A stretch of 64,000 nucleotides of DNA. Origin: Dictyostelium discoideum. Taxonomy: Eukaryota. Position numbers and translations under genes: made by a program. The notes under the pieces are model-generated. The model did not search any database, was not told where the DNA came from, and saw only the letters and a list, made by a program, of their open reading frames with translations. Shown here piece by piece: positions 37,905 through 50,448 of this stretch. How positions within the stretch are numbered: position 1 is the first letter of the stretch; every line of letters starts with the position of its first letter. The DNA lies in the NCBI GenBank assembly GCA_000004695.1, contig CM000150.2, positions 2,112,001 through 2,176,000 on the forward strand, read 5' to 3'.

Positions 37905-39088
37905 ATGAAATCATTATTTCTTTTATTATTTTTATTTTTATCTTTTGCAAATGTTTTTTCAATCACAACAGAAGAATGTAATTTTTTGTTTGTAAATATA
38001 AAAAAAAAAAAAAAAAAAATATTTGGAAAACTAAAATAAAATTTTTATTTATTTTTTTATATTTTTACAGATGATTGTTTATTAAAATTGGTAACAAAAT
38101 TAGAAGGTATAGTTTATTTAGTGAAAATTTTTAAAAATATATAAACTTATTATTTTTTTTTTTTTTTTTTTATATTTAATTAAACAAAAAAATTTAGTTT
38201 TATCACAATTTCCACAAACTTTAAATGGAAATACAGAATATGATTTTTGTTCAACTTCTAATTTGACATGTGGAACCCAAAATGGAGTTAGATTTATGTA
38301 TGTCAGAGAATAGTACTTTAATTTTTTATTTTATTTAAATATTTAATAAATTTTTAATATTTCAAAAAAAAAAAAAAAAAAAAATAGGAATTTATATCAA
38401 AATGAATCATCAACCAATATAATGAATTATTCAGATATTTCATGTGTAGAAATAGGTGTTGTAGAGTTTGGTAGATGGAATCTTTCACCAAATTTTTTTA
38501 ATTTTACAAATAGATTACCCACAGTGTAAGTTTTTTAGTTTTTTAGTTTTTTTTTTCTTTTTTTCCCTTTTAAATCCAATAAAATATTAATAATAAAAAA
38601 AATAAATTATCAAGATCTTGTTATGATTGTGAAATTACAGAGATAAATTCAAAAGTAAATTCAGATTACTTAATCATTAAATTAAATAAACCAATTTATA
38701 AAAAAATTTTATTGTCAAATATAATCAATTGTATAAATGCAGAATTTCACTCATCAAATGGAGACCCATTTAATTCAGTGGAAATTGAAAATGATCTTCC
38801 AAATTCAACTCTACAATCATATAATCAATTTGTTTTGGGTGGGGTAGTTAGAAAAATTCCAGATTTATCAAATGTACAATTTCAAATTGTACAATATTAT
38901 ATTGGAGAACCTTTTGATTTAAACTCTTTAAAAAATTTATCAACACATACTTTTATAAATCGGGTATCAATGTTACCAACTAATTCTTCATTTGGTCCAT
39001 TTCCATTCCCTATTGATATTGAAAGATTAAATCCAACAAATAGAACTGATGTATTACCCCATAAATATTTGTAAGTACTTACTCACTC

Positions 39089-39119
<31 letters not shown>

Positions 39120-42061
39120 TTAAAAAATAACATTAAAATTGATTTAAAAAATAGTGCTTCAGATTTAGCTTTTCAAAAACCAGATGATTATTTAGATCTT
39201 AATAGTTCAAAATCTGGATCAGAACAAATGTAAATATTAAATTAAAGAATATTTCTTTTAATTTTCACTTTTTAACAATAGAGTTTTTATTTTTAGATAT
39301 TTAGGAAAAGTTGGACCACATTTTAATATTGATGGAAATTTACCATTTAAATCATTTAATCCTGATCTTAAAGTTTTGTAATTATTAATTTCATTATTTT
39401 ATAATATTTCATTATTATAATATCTATTTTTATATTATTAATAATATTATTTTTATTATTTTTATTTGTAGATATTTTTTAAACGGTAATCTTTCATATG
39501 TACCAAATTTTGATAATGCTAATGATTTATTTGTATTGGCATCATTAACAAATAATAGTATTGGAGGAAATCTCAAAAAACCTTGGATTAAGAAATATTT
39601 AAGAAATTTAGATCTTTCAAATAATAAAATAACAGGTACAATAGATGATTCCTATTGTTCAACACTAATTAAAGTAACTAATAATTCAATGAGTGGAAAT
39701 CTTCCAAATTGTTATGCTTGTAATTTAAAAATTAATAGATTTAGAGATAGTTTCATTGGTAATAACTTTACGAATATTGATTCTTTAAATGAAACTTGTA
39801 GTATGTATTTTTTTATTTTTTTATTTTTTTTTTTTTAATTTTTTTAAATATTAATATATATGTATAAATGTTTTTTTTTTTCAATTTTATAGAAATTATA
39901 CCAAATATGAAAACTACAGAAATTAAAGTTGAAATTTCAGGAGAAATTTTAAATATAACAAAACTATTAATTTTTGGACAAAATATTGGTTATAGTGTAA
40001 TGGATAATAGTTATTCAGAAACTTTTGAATTAGATCCTAGTATTTCTTTAACAACAGAGATTCAAAATTCATTAATTGTTTCATATTTTTATACAAATAC
40101 TAGAACAATTTATAAGATGACATATCAATCAAATGGAGAGATTTTTTATTTAACACCAGATCCATATCCACCAACACCAATAAATGTAACAACAAACAAT
40201 GGGTTAATAACAATTCAAGGTATTTATTTTTCATATAATATTTCAGTTATAAGTATAACAATGAATAATGGAAAACAAATTTGTAATGTAGTTGATGATC
40301 CAACATTTTTCACTATCAAATGTCAGTTATCAGAATTACCAAATCCATCAAAGAATGTTTCAACTTTATTAAAAGTGGATGAATTACAAACTTTATTCTA
40401 TATAGATTTAGATGATACAATTGTAAATAATTATAATAAATGTTTAGATTACTGTAATATTGATAATGGTATTTGTGATTATTCAAAAGGTATTTGTAAT
40501 TGTAATTATGGATGGATTGGTGATAGTTGTTCAATTCCATTTTTTGAATGTTTAAATAATTGTTCAAATGTTGGAATTTGTAATACAACAATAGGAGAAT
40601 GTAATTGTAATAGTGGTAGAGTATTAAATGATTGTAGTGGTTATGAATGCTTAGATCCAACATGTGGTGGTGGTAATAAACATGGTCAATGTAATTATTT
40701 AAAAGGTATATGTAATTGTAATTTAAATTGGTTTGGTGAAAATTGTACAATACCAAATCATTATGTTTCATCAGTTGAACCATCTACAACTTTAGGAGGA
40801 TTAGTAAAATTATTTGGATGGTTTGGAGATTTACATGATAGACTATCAGTTAAAATTGGTAAATTAGATTGTGATTTAATTTTACCAATTACAAATGATA
40901 CTATTAATTGTAAAATTGGTTCAGGAAATGGTATTCAAAATATTACAATAGTTCAAAATGGTATTACATGGATTGGAATTAATAAATATTTATATATAAA
41001 TAATGATATTAAACCAAGTTGTTTAAATAATTGTACAAATTTAAATCAAGGTATTTGCATTTCAAATGGACACTGTCAATGTTATTCAAGTTGGACTGGT
41101 TTTGATTGTAGTTCACCAAAAAATAATGGTGGTGGTGGAGATTTACCATCAACAAATTCAACAATAAATAATAATGGTTCAACTACATTTGAAAATCAAA
41201 AAACATCATATCAAGTATTGGTTACAGATTTAATAGAAATTGATTTTAATGGTAATTTAATTTCACAATACCCACTATTAAATAATTGGATAGTTAATAA
41301 TACCGAAATAAAAAATGGAATTTCACAATTTACTCAATTAATTAATGAAACAAATTGTAGAGTCAATATGACAATCGAGGAATTAACTAAATCAAAAGAT
41401 ATTAATTTTGCAGGAATAGATTTAAAATTTGATAAAGGTTCTATAAAAGTATCAATATCAATTGAAAATTATAATTATAAAAATATTTTAAATACATTAC
41501 AATTAAGAATGAAATCATTAGTTACAACATTAAGCAAGGAAGATGATTGTAATGATCAATCAACAGAAATTAATTCAAATTTAGAAAATACAAATTTATT
41601 AAATTATATTTCAATTAGTAAAGATAATAAAGTTTTAACAGGTAGATTTTTAAATAGAGTAATATCTGATGGTAGATCAACAATAATTACAACTTCTTTA
41701 ATTTCAAATGATAATTCATCAATTGAAATTGGTTTAAATTTACCACATTGTTCAAATCAATGTTTAATTGATCCTGGTAAGTTATTAAAAAAAAAAAAAA
41801 AAAAAAAAATTGTAAAAAATTAAATTAATACTAATATTTATTAATTATTTATTAGACTTTTCAGTATTATTATCATCACAATTTAAATCTTGTGATAAAA
41901 ATAATAAATTAAAATCTTATATAATACCAGTTTCTGTTATTTGTGGTTTTATTGGTATTTCATTAATTTTAGGAGGTTCATATTTAATTTATAGAAAGAA
42001 ATTTATTGAAAAAGATTTAAAAAAAAAATTAAAGAATATAGAAATGCAAAAAAATAAATAA
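37905..42061 (+). CDS. Receptor-like type I membrane protein with a signal peptide, plant-type LRRs, multiple EGF-like/Cys-rich modules, a TM segment and a short tail. Ten exons, about 1125 aa: join(37905..37977, 38071..38106, 38198..38297, 38387..38524, 38615..39070, 39155..39229, 39297..39377, 39472..39800, 39893..41776, 41856..42061).
   Basis: Exon 1 encodes MKSLFLLLFLFLSFANVFSITTEE (signal peptide). Short exons are linked by GTAATT/GTATGT/GTAAGT donors and AT-rich ..AG acceptors, and all phases are consistent. The total CDS length is divisible by 3 only with these junctions. LRR block: SLTNNSIGGNLKKPWIKKYLRNLDLSNNKITGTIDDSYCSTLIKVTNNSMSGNLPNCYACNL. EGF-like blocks: CNIDNGICDYSKGICNCNYGWIGDSCS, CSNVGICNTTIGECNCNSGRVLNDCS, CGGGNKHGQCNYLKGICNCNLNWFGENCT and CTNLNQGICISNGHCQCYSSWTGFDCS. 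The last exon has the TM segment IIPVSVICGFIGISLILGGSYLIY plus KKFIEKDLKKKLKNIEMQKNK. Confidence 0.55.
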
Positions 42062-42155
42062 TAATAAAAATCAATTATTAAATAATTAATAATTTAAATG
42101 TTTTTTTTTTTTTTTTTTTTTTTTAAATTATTATTAATAATAATAATTAATTTTA

Positions 42156-42808
42156 TTAAATTTTAACAAAATAAACTTTTTCTCTACGATTCGAAATTTC
42201 AATTTCAATTTCATTTAGGACATCTAAAAGAAATGGACAATGAATTGAATCAATACCTTTTTTCCAAATATTATAATTATCGCAACTAACAATATTTTTA
42301 ACTTTATCTTTTGTATTTTCTAATAATGGATAATTTATATAATTTACAATTGATTTTATACCTTTTGCAATACCTTTTTGAATGTAAACTGCCGATGATT
42401 TTGGTAACTTTATATTTAACTTTTTTAAGAGATGTTCTCTCATCATTCTAATTTGAAAAGATTCGGTACTTGGATTTTGAAATATTGAAAACAATAATAA
42501 TTTTAAACTATTCATATGATATCTATAACCAATTGTGAATAAACTATTATTTAAACAACTTATATTTGAATTTATTAATGAAAAATACCATCCATTTTTA
42601 TTTGGTGTTTCGTAACATATTATATTTGAAAAGTAAATCGAACTATCATCTCCTGCTATATTTGTTTTACAAAAATTATTACAAAATATATCAAACGCTA
42701 TTATTTTACCAAGTTGTTTAAATTTTTCTTGACCTTTGTATCCTGAAAAATATTCTTTATGATTTAATTCATTAAATTTTTTACCATTTTGTCTAAATTC
42801 CATTACTA

Positions 42809-42845
<37 letters not shown>

Positions 42846-43464
42846 TATTGATTATAATTAATTAATTTTTTAAAAAATACTTACTTAAAAAAAATGTTTT
42901 TTCAAATTCAGATTTTATAAAATCATTTAAAAATTGATCATCTTTTGAAAAATCTAATAAATTTGAAGACATTTCTAAAAATTCATTATTTTTTTCTAAT
43001 AATCTTAAATCTAAAATTGGTAATTTTAAAATATTTTGTAAAACTGATGCATAACATTCTTGTGCAATAGTTGGTGTTGATTTTATTAAAATTTGATTAA
43101 AATGTAAATTATCACTTGATAATGTAACTAATAAACAAACTATAGAATTTCCAAAATCTATAATTTCAATATCTATTATTGTATTCCAATCAATTTCTAA
43201 AATATTTGATGTTATAAATTCTTGATTATTAATATTTAAATTTTTTTTTAAATTTGATTTCAAATTTTGTGGCGTTGAACATAATGTATCATAATTATCA
43301 ATTATTGAAATACTTGGTGTATATATATTATTCGAATTATTATTATTATTATTTTTATTATTTTTATTATTATTACTGTTATTATTATTAATATTATTAT
43401 TTTTATTATTTTTATTATTATTATTATTTTTTATTTTTTTTTTAAAATCTCTAAATGTTTTCAT
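42156..43464 (-). CDS. Hypothetical protein with an N-terminal poly-Asn/Lys region and a C-terminal region with kinase-like motifs. Two exons: join(42156..42805, 42885..43464), minus strand.
   Basis: Exon 1 (..SEFEKTFFL) ends at a GTAAGT donor. An aaattAG acceptor then gives I-MEFRQNGKKF..., which is the track ORF 42156..42803. It contains ..IEIIDFGNSIV.. (DFG-like) and ..FDIFCNNFCKTNIAGDD..., which could be an atypical or actin-fragmin-kinase-like fold. This assignment is weak. Confidence 0.45.
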
Positions 43465-44089
43465 TTTTATATTTTTTTTTTTTTTTTAAAAAATAATAAT
43501 AATAAAAAGTTATAAATTAATTAATTAAATAAAATGTAATAATAAATTTTTTTTTTTTTTTTTTTTTTTCTAATCGTTTAAAATAATTTTATTTTTATAT
43601 AAATATAAATATAAATATAAATATAAATATAAATATAAATATAAATATATATGTTTTTTTTTTTTTTTTTTTCTTTTTTAGAAAGATTTTGGTTTTAAAT
43701 GCGTAATATATTTGTTTTAATTAACAATGATATTATTTTTAAAAAAAAAAAAAAAAAAAATTTTAAAAACCATTTTAATATATAATTTTAAAATTTTTTT
43801 ATTTAAAATAAAATTAAAAAATATCCACAACACACACGCATGCAAAACAATAAAATAACTTTTAAGAATGCTTTACCCATTACATTAATGATAGGTATTA
43901 TAAATGTTATTATTACATTCACACACACACAAATTTTCTCTTTCCTCTCGACTTTTTAAAGAAAACTCCCACACACACACCTTTTTTTTTTTTTTTTAAT
44001 ACCACCATATGAAAAATAATTGTGTTTATATATGACCCTTTTAATTTTCAAAACATATCATATTGTATAGTGCTATAAAAAATAATTGT

Positions 44090-44126
<37 letters not shown>

Positions 44127-45043
44127 TCTTATAGTGTGTTTTTATCACGTGAGAAAAAAAAATCGATAGTAGTGTGGGTGTTAACAGGTATTTTTAAGAT
44201 ATTTAATTTTTTTATGTAATATTAATTATTTTAGATTTATCTATAATTTTTTTTTTTTTTCTATTTGATTGTTGTATTTTATAGTAATTGTTTGAAAATA
44301 GTGGGGTAATTATAAAATTTTATTTTTTTTATTTTTTTATTTTTTTTTGTTTTTTTTTTAAAATTCCTTTTTAAGTCGCATTACGAACATATGAAATCAT
44401 TTGTGGTTATTTGAGTTTTTTTCCATGTTTTAATTTTTTTAATTTTAAAAAGTCCTTACTAACCACTTAAAAAAAATAAAAATAATTAAAGATTTTTTGT
44501 AGCAATTACCATTAATTTCCATTGACACATTTACGAATAAATAAAAATGATAAAATAAAATAAAAAAATAATAAAATTAAAAAAATAGAAAAAAAAAAAA
44601 AAAAGAAAAAACAAATTATTGAAAAAAAAAAAAAAAAATAAAAAAACAAGAAAACAAATAATATAAAAAGAAAAAAAAAAATAATTCAATTATTTTTTTA
44701 TAATTTTATTTTTAAATTGTTTAAAATAATTTGTAAATCAAAAAAATATAATGAAATTATTTATTTGATTAAAATATTAACCAATGAATTTTTTTTTTTT
44801 TTTTTTTTTTTTTTTATTATTATTTATTATTTATTTTTTTTTTTTTTTATTTATTTTTTTTTTTTTTTATTTATTTTTTTATTTTTTCAAAAAATGTTTA
44901 GATAATTTTATTTTACAAATTAAAAATGAAATTATTAATTGTAATAATATAAAAAAAAAAATTTTAAAACAATGTTTAAATCAAATTCCTTAAATTTTTT
45001 AAATAATATTAAATAATAAAAAGAAAAAAAGGAAATTCAAAGA

Positions 45044-45105
<62 letters not shown>

Positions 45106-45294
45106 TTTTAAACTTGATTTTTTATTATTAAAATTACCAAATTGTCTATACCAACCAATAAAAATTTTTTTTTTTTTTTTTTCATAATATTTTTTAACTT
45201 CCTTTGACTTTTTAAATCTGTTTTTTTTTTTTTTTTTTTTTCTTTATTTTTTCTTTTTTTTTTCGAGTCACCACAAATAGGGAATATATCTTTA

Positions 45295-45327
<33 letters not shown>

Positions 45328-45479
45328 TTTTGTTTTTTTTTTTTTTTTTTTTGTTTATTTTTTTTTTTTATTTCAAAAATTCGAATTTTAAAAAAAAACA
45401 TAATTTCCACCCAAAAAAAGATTTTTTTTATTCCTTGTAAAAATTTCAATAATTTCAAATAAAAATTTTATTCGCAAAA

Positions 45480-45949
45480 ATGAGCTTTGCAAGTAGCACG
45501 GTCTCAAATTCTAATAATAGTTCACTAACATCCTCATCATTAATCAACGCTAACAATATTTTATTCAGTTTTGAAAAATCAACATACAACAAAGAATCTA
45601 ATAATAATAGTGATAATAATAATAATAATAATAATAATAATAGTGATAATAATAACGATAATAATCAAAATAAAAATAAAACAACACAAATAAAATCAAA
45701 AGCAAAATCAGAATCATCACCACCACAACCAAAAATTGTAATATGTAAAATTTGTAATAAAAAAGGTCATAAGGAAAAAGAATGCCCCACACCGGATCTT
45801 AATAAAATCTGTTCAAATTGTAATAAAATTGGACATATCTCTTCAAATTGTAAGGTTATTCATGTTAATTTTGCAAGATCACCAAAACCACAACAAAATC
45901 AAAAAGAAAGAAAACCAAGAAATCAAAAACAACAACCACAACAACAACC

Positions 45950-45980
<31 letters not shown>

Positions 45981-46298
45981 GATCAACAACAAGAGCAACA
46001 ACAAAAACAAAAACCACAAACAAATTCAAGTAATTCAACTACACCATCTCCTACATATTCTTCACCACCACAACAAGCACCACAACCAAAACAACAATTA
46101 AAAAATGAACCAATCATTAAAAAAAGATTAGAATTAAAAAAAGTTGAAGTAGAAACTTTAAAACTTTCAAAAGATTTACCAAATAAACAATATTGTTTAT
46201 CAAATGGTGATGATATATTATTATATGATTCAGAAAAATTAGACTCATTTATTAATAGTCTTGTAAATTCAAAAATATCATCAATTTCAATTCCATTC

Positions 46299-46392
<94 letters not shown>

Positions 46393-48359
46393 GTGATCAA
46401 TATTTACCAATAATTGAATCACTCCATAAAAAAAATATAAATATTATTTTTAAAATTCAAATAGTACCAGATTCTTCAATATCTTGTATTAATAGTAATG
46501 AATTCCAACAACAATTTAAATCAAAAATTTCAAAAATTATTAATGATTTAAAACCAGATGGATTATTTTTTACAAATTTAAAACTATCTCATAAAGACAA
46601 TAAGGAAGAAGAAGAAGAAGAAGAACAAGAAGAATTATGCCAGAACTGTAAAGAAATGATGATTGAAAATGAACTAAATCCAAATGAACCTAAAGATAAC
46701 TTAATCTTTAATGATTATTCAATTGACCAATTTAAAAGATTTATTTCTCAATTCATAATTTCAATAACTACAAACTCAACATCAACTACAACAACAACTA
46801 CAACAACTACAACTACTACTACAAACACTAATAAAAAGAAAAAGAAAGCAATTCCAATTAGTGTAGCATTTGAAAATCAATTTAACAATTTTATTCAATT
46901 AAATAAAGAATCATTAATTACTTCAAATTACCAAGAGATTCAATATAAAGATCAAATTAATTTCTCATTATTCTCGCATTACTCAAAAACTTTATCAAAT
47001 CAATCAATTGGTATTATTGATCTTTTCAATCAAAATCAACAACAACAACAACCAATTATTAAACCAATTGATACAATTTATTATGAATCACTTTATTCAC
47101 TATTATTAAATGGAAAATACTCATTGAACAACAACAACAACAACAACAATAATAATAACAATAATAATTGGGATGATAAATTATTAAATTATATTGGTAA
47201 AATTAATACATTAATTGATAATCAAGAAATTAAAATTCATAAAAATTGTAAATCAGTAGCTGAAATTGCAATTGTAATTCCAAATTATCAAAATCAATTA
47301 AATAATAACAATTGTGAAGAATCAATCAAACAATCAATTTATGGTGCAATTAGATTATTAGAAGATAATAATTATCAATTTAATGTAATCACTCAAATTG
47401 AAACAATTGCTTTAAATGATTTATCTCGTTACAAACTTTTAATTTTACCAGATCATTGTATTTTAACTTTTGATCAATCAAATAGATTACAAAAGTATAT
47501 TAATCAATGTGGTGGTTCAGTATTAATGTCAAATAGATCTGGTTTAATTGAATCAATTAATAATGACAACAACAACAATAATAATAGTAATAATAATAAT
47601 AATAGTAACACCAGTTTCAATAAATTAGAATTTAGTGATTCTATTTTAGATAAATCAAAACTACTTTCAACAAAAAAGAATTTTAATATTACTTCAAAGT
47701 CGCTAGCAATGAATGAATTATTTAATAATATTGATATTGACTATTTATCAAATTGTTTAATTGTTAATAATGGTTATGATGGTTGTACTCAATTAAAACA
47801 ATTACAAGACGAATCTTCAATAGTATTAATGAATAGTATAAATAGTAATAGTAATAAATCTCCAGCAATCTTATTAAATACAAACCAAAGAACAATTTAT
47901 TGTGTCTTTCCAATATTCCAACAATATTATCAATTTGGTCCATCAAATATGGAATTTATATCAAATATTTTCACAACTTTATTGGATCAAATTTTATTAA
48001 CTGATAATTTAATTTCAATAAATCCAATTTCTTCTGATATTAAAGTATTTATTTATAATCAACAACAACAAAAGTCAAATTCAACAAATAAAAATGATGA
48101 AAGTGATAAATACATTATTCATTTTTTAAATTTTAAAAAGCAACTTGATAACTCTGGTGAATTTTATAAACAAGGTTGTAAACTTGGAGTGGTTAGTGTA
48201 AATATAAAATTACCAAATAGCTCTGTATCCTCTGTATATTTAAAAACAAGTTCAACAATCATCCCAATTACAAATTTTAAAGTTTTAAATAATCATTTTA
48301 TTTCTGAAATTCCATTAAATCATTCTTTCCAAACTTTATTTATTCAATTTTCAAATTAA
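45480..48359 (+). CDS. CCHC zinc-knuckle protein, 959 aa, single exon, with very long polyQ/polyN/polyT tracts.
   Basis: Two CX2CX4HX4C knuckles are present: CKICNKKGHKEKEC and CSNCNKIGHISSNC. There is a Q-rich region (QQQPQQQQQQQQQQDQQQEQQQ), N runs and a (T)13 run. The start is an ATG. Confidence 0.55.
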
Positions 48360-48759
48360 ATAAATAAAAAAAAAATAAAAAAAAAAAAGTACTTCATACT
48401 TACTCCAAATAATACAAATAAATAAATAAATAAAATAAATAAATAAATAAAATAAATAAATAAATAAATAAATAAAAATTGATTATAGAAGACCCCAAAC
48501 TTGATATCTCTTTCTCTATCTCTACAACTATTAATCATTCATTACTGTTGTAGAGAATATCCTTTTTTATTTGTTATTAATATTAATCAATAATTAGTTG
48601 GATGGTGAAAAGAAACCACGACCAATCCTCAACATTTATTAAACAATCTAAAATTTCTAAAAATTTCTCTATTTTAATTTTTCAATAAATTCTTTTTTTT
48701 TTATTTTAATTTAAATTTTATATATTACAAAATAAGATTTTTTTTTTTTTTTTTTTTTT

Positions 48760-49866
48760 TTAAACATTTTGAACAATTCTTCTAATTTGACGAGAAGTAT
48801 GATCATGATGCTGAATATTTGTTTGAGTCATTTGTTTAAAATCAATTTGGTAACACCATTGACCAGATTGAACCGATCTAACATCAATAAAACTATTTAA
48901 TAACCAATCTTGGTATGCTTGTTCAGTGATAGCAGAGGCAGCTTCAGTATAATCCATCCAATTATTTGAGAATTTGTATTGCCATTTTGGAATCATTTTA
49001 CCTTCACCACTAAGATTGTTACCTTCAAGTTGATTATTTAATTCAGTTGATGAAGTAGTGGTAGTGGTATTCTTTTCAAAATTATATTTGAGATTTGATT
49101 TCTTTGGTTTAACAGTTTTTAGAGTTTTTGTTGTTGTTTTTTTTGGTGATTTTATTGGTGATTTTGGTGTTTTTACTCCTTTGGTGGCGATTTCTTTTTT
49201 TGAAACTTTTTTTGAAACTTTTTCAACTTTTGATTTCTTTTTTAATTTTTCAGCTTTTGGTTGCTTTTTAGCTTTAACAACAGCGACGACTGGTGGTTTT
49301 CTAACTCTTTTCTTTGGTTCTTCATCTTCAATTTCAATAATTAAACCTAATGATATTGATTCTTCAATGATTTTCTCTTTAATATAATCAACGAAATCAT
49401 CAAGTTCAATTGAACCACTTTCATTAAGATCAGCAGATTCTAAAATGTTATCAACATTTATTGGTGGTGTAACTTTGTTTAATTGATCAGTTGTATAGTT
49501 GTTTTTAAGATAATTTGTTAAATCTTGTGTGGTAATAACTGATGTTGATTGTTTTGGGAATTGTTCAAAGCAAACTGATAATTCTTTTTCTGTTGGTCCA
49601 ACAAATTCATAACCAATTAAAGTTTGAATATCATCTTTACTATTTATAATATTACCAAATAAATAATCAAAAGTTATTTTTGCTCTTTTTTGACCTCTTG
49701 TTGTTGTTGTTGTTAATGAAATAATATTTTTTTTAATTTCTTTATTTGATGTTGTTTTGGTTGTTGTTGTTTTGGTTGTTGTTGTTGTTGTTGTTGAAGT
49801 ATCTTTTTCTTGAGTTAACTCTACTGATTTTTCAGTTTGAATAGATGTTTCTTCAATTGGCTCCAT
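48760..49866 (-). CDS. Protein with an EF-hand-like loop, a Lys-rich basic region and a C-terminal WWE-like domain, 368 aa.
   Basis: DLNESGSIELDDFVDYI has the EF-hand loop pattern DxNxSGxIxxxDF. KKRVRKPPVVAVVKAKKQPKAEKLKKKSKVEK is the basic stretch. The C-terminal ..MIPKWQYKFSNNWMDYTEAASAITEQAYQDW...WCYQIDFKQM.. resembles WWE (WxWxx.....W..Y......iE.ay). Confidence 0.5.
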   Translation of the reverse strand: MEPIEETSIQTEKSVELTQEKDTSTTTTTTTKTTTTKTTSNKEIKKNIISLTTTTTRGQKRAKITFDYLFGNIINSKDDIQTLIGYEFVGPTEKELSVCFEQFPKQSTSVITTQDLTNYLKNNYTTDQLNKVTPPINVDNILESADLNESGSIELDDFVDYIKEKIIEESISLGLIIEIEDEEPKKRVRKPPVVAVVKAKKQPKAEKLKKKSKVEKVSKKVSKKEIATKGVKTPKSPIKSPKKTTTKTLKTVKPKKSNLKYNFEKNTTTTTSSTELNNQLEGNNLSGEGKMIPKWQYKFSNNWMDYTEAASAITEQAYQDWLLNSFIDVRSVQSGQWCYQIDFKQMTQTNIQHHDHTSRQIRRIVQNV

Positions 49867-50338
49867 GGAAATAAATTTTTTTATTATTATTATTATTTGT
49901 TTATGGTTATTTTTTTTTTTATTTTTTTATTTTTATTTCTTTTACTACTATTATTATTTTAAAAAAAGAAAAATGAAAATAAAAAAAAAAAAGTAAAAAT
50001 AATTTTTTTTTTTCAGCAAAACAAAAAAAAAAAAATCACTTGAGATATTTTTGATTATTTCATGATTTCGTGGAATATTTGAAATAATAGCAAATTTGAA
50101 ATAATTTTTATTTTTTTTTTCAAATTTTTATTTTTATTTTTATTTTTTTTTTATTTTTATTTTTTTTTTATTTTTATTTTTATTTTTTTTTTTTATAAAA
50201 AATAACAAAAGAAAGAAAAAAGATAAAATTAGAACTAAAAAAAAAAACAAAAATAAAAAGATAAAAGGATAAAAAAATAACAAAAAACAAATAAAAACAA
50301 ACAAAATATTTTTTAAATATTAAATACCACATATAAAT

Positions 50339-50386
<48 letters not shown>

Positions 50387-50448
50387 ATAATGATTATCCA
50401 TATAATTTATTAAAACTCTTAAATTTTTGATATTTTTTTTTTTTAGAT

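Noticed and set aside
40316-40783. Minus-strand ORF 40316..40783 (His/Tyr/Asn-rich, 155 aa)
   Set aside because: It is antisense to the EGF-like (Cys/Asn/Gly-rich) exon 9 of the LRR/EGF gene. Its composition mirrors the reverse complement of TGT/AAT/GGT codons.
45598-46300. Small ORFs 45598..45792 minus, 45829..46101 plus and 45983..46300 minus within the CCHC gene
   Set aside because: They are alternative or antisense frames through polyN/polyQ microsatellites of the 959-aa plus-strand ORF.
49058-49387. Plus-strand ORF 49058..49387
   Set aside because: It is antisense to the Lys-rich region of the WWE/EF-hand gene on the minus strand.
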